DNA from: Deltaproteobacteria bacterium
GTDB taxonomy: Bacteria; Myxococcota; SpSt-1050
NCBI GenBank assembly: GCA_026416535.1
Contig: JAOAFA010000087.1
Span: forward strand, 5,438 to 69,437
Reading direction: 5' to 3'
DNA length: 64,000 bases
The notes under the pieces are model-generated. The model was not told the origin of the DNA and ran no database searches. It saw only the letters and a list, made by a program, of their open reading frames with translations. The position numbers and the translations under genes were made by a program. Positions 58,439 through 64,000 of this stretch are shown piece by piece (the first letter of the stretch is position 1; each line of letters opens with the position of its first letter).

Positions 58439-60390
58439 TTGAGAGAATAGAAAATATCCTGGTTTGTGATGATGATGAATTGTTTAGGAGAAGGACATCC
58501 GATCTTCTTCAAAGATATGGCTACTTTGTCCTTGAGGCATCAAGCGGACTTGATGCAAAGGATAAGTTGATCAGGAATAAAATAGACCTTGCTATTATCG
58601 ATATTATATTGCCTGATTATGATGGAGCTGAATTGGCCATTGAGGTGAGGGAGAAATATCCTGATGTTGCAATTGTTGTGATTACCCAAAGAAATGAGGC
58701 TACACTGGCAGTCAATCTTTTGAAAAAAGGGATAGATGAATATATAGTTAAGCCGATTGGGGATGAGGAATTGCTGAATGTTATTGAGTTAATATACAAA
58801 AAGAGGGTAGAAAATGAAGAGAAGAGTAAACTATTGGTGAATAGCTCGAATTATAATCTTCAGCTGATCTATGATCGAATTATAAGGCTTTTAACATTTA
58901 TTGAGTTGGATAAACTCTATGAAGCAATAGTGGAGACCTTAGTTTCAGTCTTGAGGGTTCAAGGGGCAATATTGTGGGTACCAGATAAAAAAGATAAGAG
59001 CTTTTTTAGGATTGAGTCCTATAGGGGACTGGTTCAGACAGAATCTTTTCCGTTTACTTTTAGTTTAAAAGAACATCCCCTTCAAAGTCTTTTCTACACA
59101 AGTAAGTATATTGAGGATTCTGAATTATCAAATGGCGAGGGGGCTGTCATAGGTGAAATTATAGATAAAAAACGGAATTTAATTCTTCCTTTGGTGTACT
59201 ATAAAGAATTGTATGGTGTTGTAAAGCTTGTTGAAAAGATATCTGGTGAGTTTACAGAAAGTGACATTCGCATTGCCTCTTTGATCGCCGAATTTTCAGC
59301 GATAGCGATAAGAAATTGTAAGTATTTTGAATTTGCTTCGTATTCATTACTTAGGGAGAAGGATTCACATCTATACTCTATGGCATATTTTATAGACTAT
59401 GCAGGTAAAGAGATTTATAGGGCAAGGAGATATAAAAGGCCGTTCTCGGTGGTGGAGATAGTTATAGATAACGCCGAGTATTTTAAATTGAATATGAACA
59501 AAGACATGTATGAGAATTTGTCAAAATGGCTGGTTGGGAATATATCTACTGGACTTAGGTCCTCAGATGTAATATCAAGGGTGTCAGAAAGTGAATTTCT
59601 CCTCGTGATGCCAGATACTGATTATATGGGGGCTTTAGCATATATCAGTAGATCTCTAAATAATTTTAGATCCGAACAATTTGTTAATTTTTTAGATAAA
59701 TATGTTCCTCTCTCTGTCTCTATGGGAGCCGCGTCATTTCCAGCTCATGGAAGTGATTATGACAGCTTGATATATACGTGCTCTGGGAAGATAAAATCTA
59801 TTAGAGAGTCAGTATATAGGAGACACCATTTAGAAGATATGGGATTTTATCAGATAATTGATTACCTTGTGGGATCTTATGAGGATTATGTAAGCTATTT
59901 TAGTGAAAATAAAGATAAGACCTCTATTATGTTTCTATCTCTTGAACAGTCTTCTGATCAAAATGCACATATGTTTCTAAGCCATAAGGAGTTGGACTAT
60001 CATATTGGGGAGGTTACTAATTTTGTGCGATCTATTACAAATGATGGGATTTGGTTGCTCTTTATTGGTAGGTCTCCTTCTGCAGTATCAAGTCTCCTTT
60101 CTGGTCTGGTCGGTTATAAGAATCCTAATGCAAAGATGTTTGTAGTTAGCATTATGGATAAAGAAGGGTTTAAGTTTAAGAATATTTCTCTTGTAAGCCA
60201 GAGCACTGATTTATGGCAGAAATATACTGTATTTTTGGTTTTATCAGCAGCGGGTTCCTATGGGATGATGTTTAAGAACGAATTTGATAGGTATTATGGT
60301 TTTTCGACTAACGATGAATACTTGATTTTTGAGCTTATTACTAAATTTGTAAGTTCGAATGGATTACACTTGAAGGAGATGTCAAGTTGA
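58435..60390 (+). CDS. Response regulator with a receiver domain, a GAF-like domain and a degenerate GGDEF domain.
   Basis: Canonical receiver (VCDDDE…AIIDIILPD…VVIT…YIVKP), then a GAF-like middle. The C-terminal GGDEF-like fold has 'SESEF' in place of GG(D/E)EF. Confidence 0.7.
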   Translation: MIERIENILVCDDDELFRRRTSDLLQRYGYFVLEASSGLDAKDKLIRNKIDLAIIDIILPDYDGAELAIEVREKYPDVAIVVITQRNEATLAVNLLKKGIDEYIVKPIGDEELLNVIELIYKKRVENEEKSKLLVNSSNYNLQLIYDRIIRLLTFIELDKLYEAIVETLVSVLRVQGAILWVPDKKDKSFFRIESYRGLVQTESFPFTFSLKEHPLQSLFYTSKYIEDSELSNGEGAVIGEIIDKKRNLILPLVYYKELYGVVKLVEKISGEFTESDIRIASLIAEFSAIAIRNCKYFEFASYSLLREKDSHLYSMAYFIDYAGKEIYRARRYKRPFSVVEIVIDNAEYFKLNMNKDMYENLSKWLVGNISTGLRSSDVISRVSESEFLLVMPDTDYMGALAYISRSLNNFRSEQFVNFLDKYVPLSVSMGAASFPAHGSDYDSLIYTCSGKIKSIRESVYRRHHLEDMGFYQIIDYLVGSYEDYVSYFSENKDKTSIMFLSLEQSSDQNAHMFLSHKELDYHIGEVTNFVRSITNDGIWLLFIGRSPSAVSSLLSGLVGYKNPNAKMFVVSIMDKEGFKFKNISLVSQSTDLWQKYTVFLVLSAAGSYGMMFKNEFDRYYGFSTNDEYLIFELITKFVSSNGLHLKEMSS

Positions 60391-61955
60391 GTGATAAGCC
60401 TCCGAGATTGATACTCGTAGCAGATAGAGATAAGGATTCGGCTGCGCAGCTTGGAGAGGCTCTTAAAAAGAGAGGCTATGGGGTTGTCTATACTTATGAT
60501 GGTTCTAATTCCATAGAGGTTGTAATAACCCATCTGCCTGATCTTGTATTTTATGATGCAGCACTTCCTTTGATTCATTTTAAAAAGTTTATTCAGATTG
60601 TTAGATCGAATCCTCGCACGATGCATATTCCTATAATTATAGTTGGCAGAGCGACGGATAAGATAGGATTTTCTACTCTTACAGAGAGTAAGATTAATAA
60701 ACCTTACGATATAAACTCAATTATGAAGATGGTCGAGAATATCTTTCATAAAATAGATACAGCGGATATGCTTAAGTCTTCAACTAAAGCGTTTGAGGGG
60801 AAGCTCTCTGAGATATCGTTGCCTGATTTGATGCAGGTATTTGCATTAAATAAGAAGACAGGTGTTTTAAAGATCAAAAATAGAAATCATGATGCAAGCA
60901 TATATCTCAGAAACGGAGAGATAATTCATGCTCAGACTGGAAAAATCTTTGGTGAAAAGGCTATATATAGACTCTTAGGGATATCGGAGGGTGATTTTAT
61001 TTTTCAGCCTGATGTTGTCAGTGATCAGATCTCACTTAGAAGCACAATTGACAATATCCTAATGGAAGGAATGAGACAGTTAGATGAGTCTAAGAAGATA
61101 ATAGCAGAGCACTTTAGTGGTAATGATTTATATGTAAGAGATGAAATAAAGATTAGAGAACTTTCTGGACTTCATCCCATCGCTGAAGATGTCATCAGTG
61201 AGCTTAAGGATCCAAAATGTCTTGATGAAATTTTGGATTCCCTTCATTATCCGGACCTTGAAATTCTTACAACCTTGAGATCTCTTATTGTCTCCGGGGC
61301 CATAAAGGTTGTTAGTCTAAGTGATGTGAGTGAGATTATTCAAAGGATACCTTCTAAGAGCACAGGTATATTGAATGAAGAGGAATGGAGAGCCCTTTCT
61401 TATTATTTGAATGAGAATTTTTTTAAGAGGTATTCTATATCTACAACTGTTGTAGGCATAGTTTGTCCTAATCGTGTGCTTTTAAAGAAATTTATTCGTG
61501 TTTTAAAAACGTTGAGTGAGATTGAATTATATGATTATAATTTTGTAATCCAATTTGGTTATGGGAGATTGGGACATATTAGGGGTATTAATATAGACAT
61601 AGATATCTATCTTGTGCCTATTAATAAACAATTTTTCCCTTTTAGAAGGTTGTTGGATGTTAGGATGATAGGTCTTTTATTGATTACCTCATCGGCTGCT
61701 CAAAACATAGTAGTTAATGCCGTTATAGATTCAAAAGGCACAAATTATCTCAATTATATGCCAGTTTTGAATGTAGTTGTGCCTATGGATGACGTTGTTG
61801 GGGTAAAGGATTTGACATTTGTAGATGCCTCATTGGAGATAGGAGAAAATAAGGAACCACCAACAAGATATGATATCTCTAAACCAGAAGAATTTGTTTT
61901 ACTTGTCAGGCGGTTTATTAGTAGTATAATTAAGAAATCAGTTTTAGGGTGTTAA
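60387..61955 (+). CDS. Receiver-like domain plus DUF4388-domain protein. TTG start overlaps the upstream stop.
   Basis: 'RLILVADRDKD…DLVFYDAALP…' receiver-like N-terminus, followed by 'LSEISLPDLMQVFALNKKTGVLKIKNRNHDASIYLRNGEIIHA' (DUF4388 core). Confidence 0.65.
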   Translation: MSDKPPRLILVADRDKDSAAQLGEALKKRGYGVVYTYDGSNSIEVVITHLPDLVFYDAALPLIHFKKFIQIVRSNPRTMHIPIIIVGRATDKIGFSTLTESKINKPYDINSIMKMVENIFHKIDTADMLKSSTKAFEGKLSEISLPDLMQVFALNKKTGVLKIKNRNHDASIYLRNGEIIHAQTGKIFGEKAIYRLLGISEGDFIFQPDVVSDQISLRSTIDNILMEGMRQLDESKKIIAEHFSGNDLYVRDEIKIRELSGLHPIAEDVISELKDPKCLDEILDSLHYPDLEILTTLRSLIVSGAIKVVSLSDVSEIIQRIPSKSTGILNEEEWRALSYYLNENFFKRYSISTTVVGIVCPNRVLLKKFIRVLKTLSEIELYDYNFVIQFGYGRLGHIRGINIDIDIYLVPINKQFFPFRRLLDVRMIGLLLITSSAAQNIVVNAVIDSKGTNYLNYMPVLNVVVPMDDVVGVKDLTFVDASLEIGENKEPPTRYDISKPEEFVLLVRRFISSIIKKSVLGC

Positions 61956-61956
61956 A

Positions 61957-63858
61957 ATGAAAATTTCTTATCTATTTGTTTTACTACTATTGTGTTTGAC
62001 ATTAGATGCTCAGCAGATTGTAGTAACTACCTTGACAGAAGAGTTTAGTGGCAAGTTGTTTTTATATGATGACAAAGAAGATGCCTTAAATGGTCTTAAG
62101 TCTAATTTGTCTGATAGATTGATGAAGAGACTTAAAAAGATGGGTTATTCCGATGATTATATAATTACGTTATTAAAAAAGGTAAAATATTCTGATCTCA
62201 ATGTGGTTGAAAAAAGAGTTGAGATGTTAAAAGATAATAAAAGAGTAAAGACCATAGCCTTTGATTTATCTGGATATGCGAGTATAACAATTGATGAAAA
62301 TGATGTGGTAGAGCTTGCTGAGGCCCTTAAGAGGTTCTCCCCTATAAGTGAGGATGAAAAGATTCAATATAGAGAGGCATTGAGGAATTTTTTAAGCCTT
62401 TCAGAAAGGGTAAGAGGATTGGATGTTTCTATCTTAAAACTTAAACTATCAGAAATAATAAAGTCAGATATCCTTAAACAAATCCAGACAGTTTTTAGTT
62501 CTGATAATATGTCTTTTCAGGTGTTGCATGGGAGGATAGTTGATATCATAAACAATATAGAAACAAATAAAAGATACCTAGGAGAGAATGAAAATTTGAA
62601 AGAGGTTACTAAGCATCTTTTTACTAACATTGAATTCTATTACAAAAGATCTTTAATAGATGTTACAAATTATGAAAGTGCGATAAATTTAGCAAACGAC
62701 ATATCAAGGATGATACCTGATAAGGATGAAGAGATATTAAAGACGTTAATGTTTATTGTTGAGTTTAAGTGGGCCGAAAATATTCAGAACATTGCGTCAA
62801 GTAACAATGTAGAGATAGCAAGATTATTTAGGGAGGTTGATGGCTTTCTTAAAAATTTCTCAACTTCAAAATTTATTAGAAATGTAAGAAACAAACTCAT
62901 TACAAGATTGCGGGGAGAGATGCAAGATGAGCAGTTGATGTATGATTCATTTCAATATATTCTGTTGATATTTGATAGGCTTGGACTCAAAGAGATTAGT
63001 TCCGATATCATGAAGAAGTGTGAATCTGTAATGAGTAGTGTGGAGAGTGCATCAGATGAGGTCTCATCTAAGATTGAAGAATCCTTTAACATATGTATGA
63101 AATATTCTGATCCAATTACAAAAAAGCGGATTAACTCTCTAAAGGAGAAATTTTTAAAGTCTGATAGGAATAGGATGTATAAAAGCATGTTGGGTAATCT
63201 TGCCTTTTTGATGAGATTTGTAAAATATGTTGATTCGATTCCTTTTGGAGTAGAGAAGGAAAAGATTAGCTCGAATAAGTTTAGTGATTTTTTAAATGAA
63301 GGATCTTTTACTTCCGGGTGTTCATGCATGGATGAGCAGAAACAAGAAGACTGTGTTGTATTTGTTTATGGAGGAGACCAATTTGAGTTAGTCCTCAGGT
63401 TCCATGGGCATAGTCTTTATGAGATAGAGGTATGTAATATGAATTTGAAGGGTAGAAGCTCTGTATTGCTATCCTATTTAAAAGAAAACTTTAAACCTTT
63501 ATTTAAGGTCTCAGACATAGAAGAGAAAGATGGGACGTTTGATTTTGAGGTAAAAAAGGATTTAATTCTCTCTGTTGAAAAAGTTGGATTTTTTGGAAGT
63601 GTTTTAGTATATGATAAAAGATATAGACCAAAGATCCAGTCTAAAATCTCTTATTCATCTCCTCAATCGGATAATATCTTAAAGACAGGAGATTGTGTAG
63701 AATGGGAGTGTGAATTTGAGTGTAAATATAGGGGGAAGGTCGAAAAGATTATTGCTGAGGATGTTCAGGTTATTGTTACATTAGCCTCAAAGGCCTCTGA
63801 GCTTAATATGAGAAAGCGCCTTAAGAAGAATTCGGTTAGAAGGTGTCAATCATTTTAG
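61957..63858 (+). CDS. Hypothetical secreted protein (633 aa).
   Basis: Signal peptide; mostly helical; no recognisable domain. Its start is 2 bp after the previous stop. Confidence 0.5.
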   Translation: MKISYLFVLLLLCLTLDAQQIVVTTLTEEFSGKLFLYDDKEDALNGLKSNLSDRLMKRLKKMGYSDDYIITLLKKVKYSDLNVVEKRVEMLKDNKRVKTIAFDLSGYASITIDENDVVELAEALKRFSPISEDEKIQYREALRNFLSLSERVRGLDVSILKLKLSEIIKSDILKQIQTVFSSDNMSFQVLHGRIVDIINNIETNKRYLGENENLKEVTKHLFTNIEFYYKRSLIDVTNYESAINLANDISRMIPDKDEEILKTLMFIVEFKWAENIQNIASSNNVEIARLFREVDGFLKNFSTSKFIRNVRNKLITRLRGEMQDEQLMYDSFQYILLIFDRLGLKEISSDIMKKCESVMSSVESASDEVSSKIEESFNICMKYSDPITKKRINSLKEKFLKSDRNRMYKSMLGNLAFLMRFVKYVDSIPFGVEKEKISSNKFSDFLNEGSFTSGCSCMDEQKQEDCVVFVYGGDQFELVLRFHGHSLYEIEVCNMNLKGRSSVLLSYLKENFKPLFKVSDIEEKDGTFDFEVKKDLILSVEKVGFFGSVLVYDKRYRPKIQSKISYSSPQSDNILKTGDCVEWECEFECKYRGKVEKIIAEDVQVIVTLASKASELNMRKRLKKNSVRRCQSF

Positions 63859-63870
63859 GGGTTATACTAT

Positions 63871-64000
63871 ATGGGTTTTGTGTTGGGGCTTGTTTGTCCT
63901 AAATGTAGATTTCTTAATAAATGGGAGGAGAGGATTTGTGTGAGATGTATGGCTCCACTTAGAGATAGTGGGGTTGAGGCAATAAAAGAGGTTCAGTTGT
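63871..64000 (+). CDS. N-terminal fragment of a zinc-ribbon-containing protein; continues beyond the window.
   Basis: 'CPKCRFLNKWEERICVRC', two CxxC pairs. Confidence 0.35.
   Translation, partial: MGFVLGLVCPKCRFLNKWEERICVRCMAPLRDSGVEAIKEVQL

Overview
The window looks like a 64 kb chromosomal segment from a low-GC bacterium (about 35% GC by eye) with a Lys-, Glu- and Ile-rich proteome. It is densely coding, at roughly 90%. I see no transposase, integrase or CRISPR array. Recognisable housekeeping genes are proS, pyrF, an rlmB-like methyltransferase, guaB, gmk, yicC, dapF, miaB, maf, pssA, a plsC-like acyltransferase, bacterioferritin and an aldehyde dehydrogenase.

The most interesting block is a tightly packed minus-strand operon (3243-8700). 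In transcription order it encodes an ArsR regulator, an octaheme c-type cytochrome, a b-type cytochrome membrane anchor, a YeeE/YedE sulfur transporter split across two genes with a C-terminal rhodanese fusion, and a radical-SAM/SPASM enzyme. A plus-strand operon diverges from it (9080-12440) and encodes XdhC, a MobA/MocA-like nucleotidyltransferase, a LarA-family protein and a SWIB/MDM2-domain protein with a lysine-rich tail.

Other notable content:
- a TetR/MMPL-RND/LolA-like/outer-membrane-barrel lipid-export module;
- a PssA/PlsC lipid cluster with tandem paralogous GNAT-like genes;
- an unusually long S41 C-terminal processing protease (CtpA);
- a cysteine-rich secreted repeat protein and a B-repeat surface protein;
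- a translationally coupled signalling operon in which dapF is followed by a REC-GAF-degenerate-GGDEF protein, a REC-DUF4388 protein and a secreted protein, with a Ser/Thr kinase carrying PEGA domains immediately upstream;
- two unusual purine/pyrimidine-skewed non-coding islands, at 1-697 and about 40937-41970.

All functional calls rest on motif and domain recognition by eye and are not search-verified.
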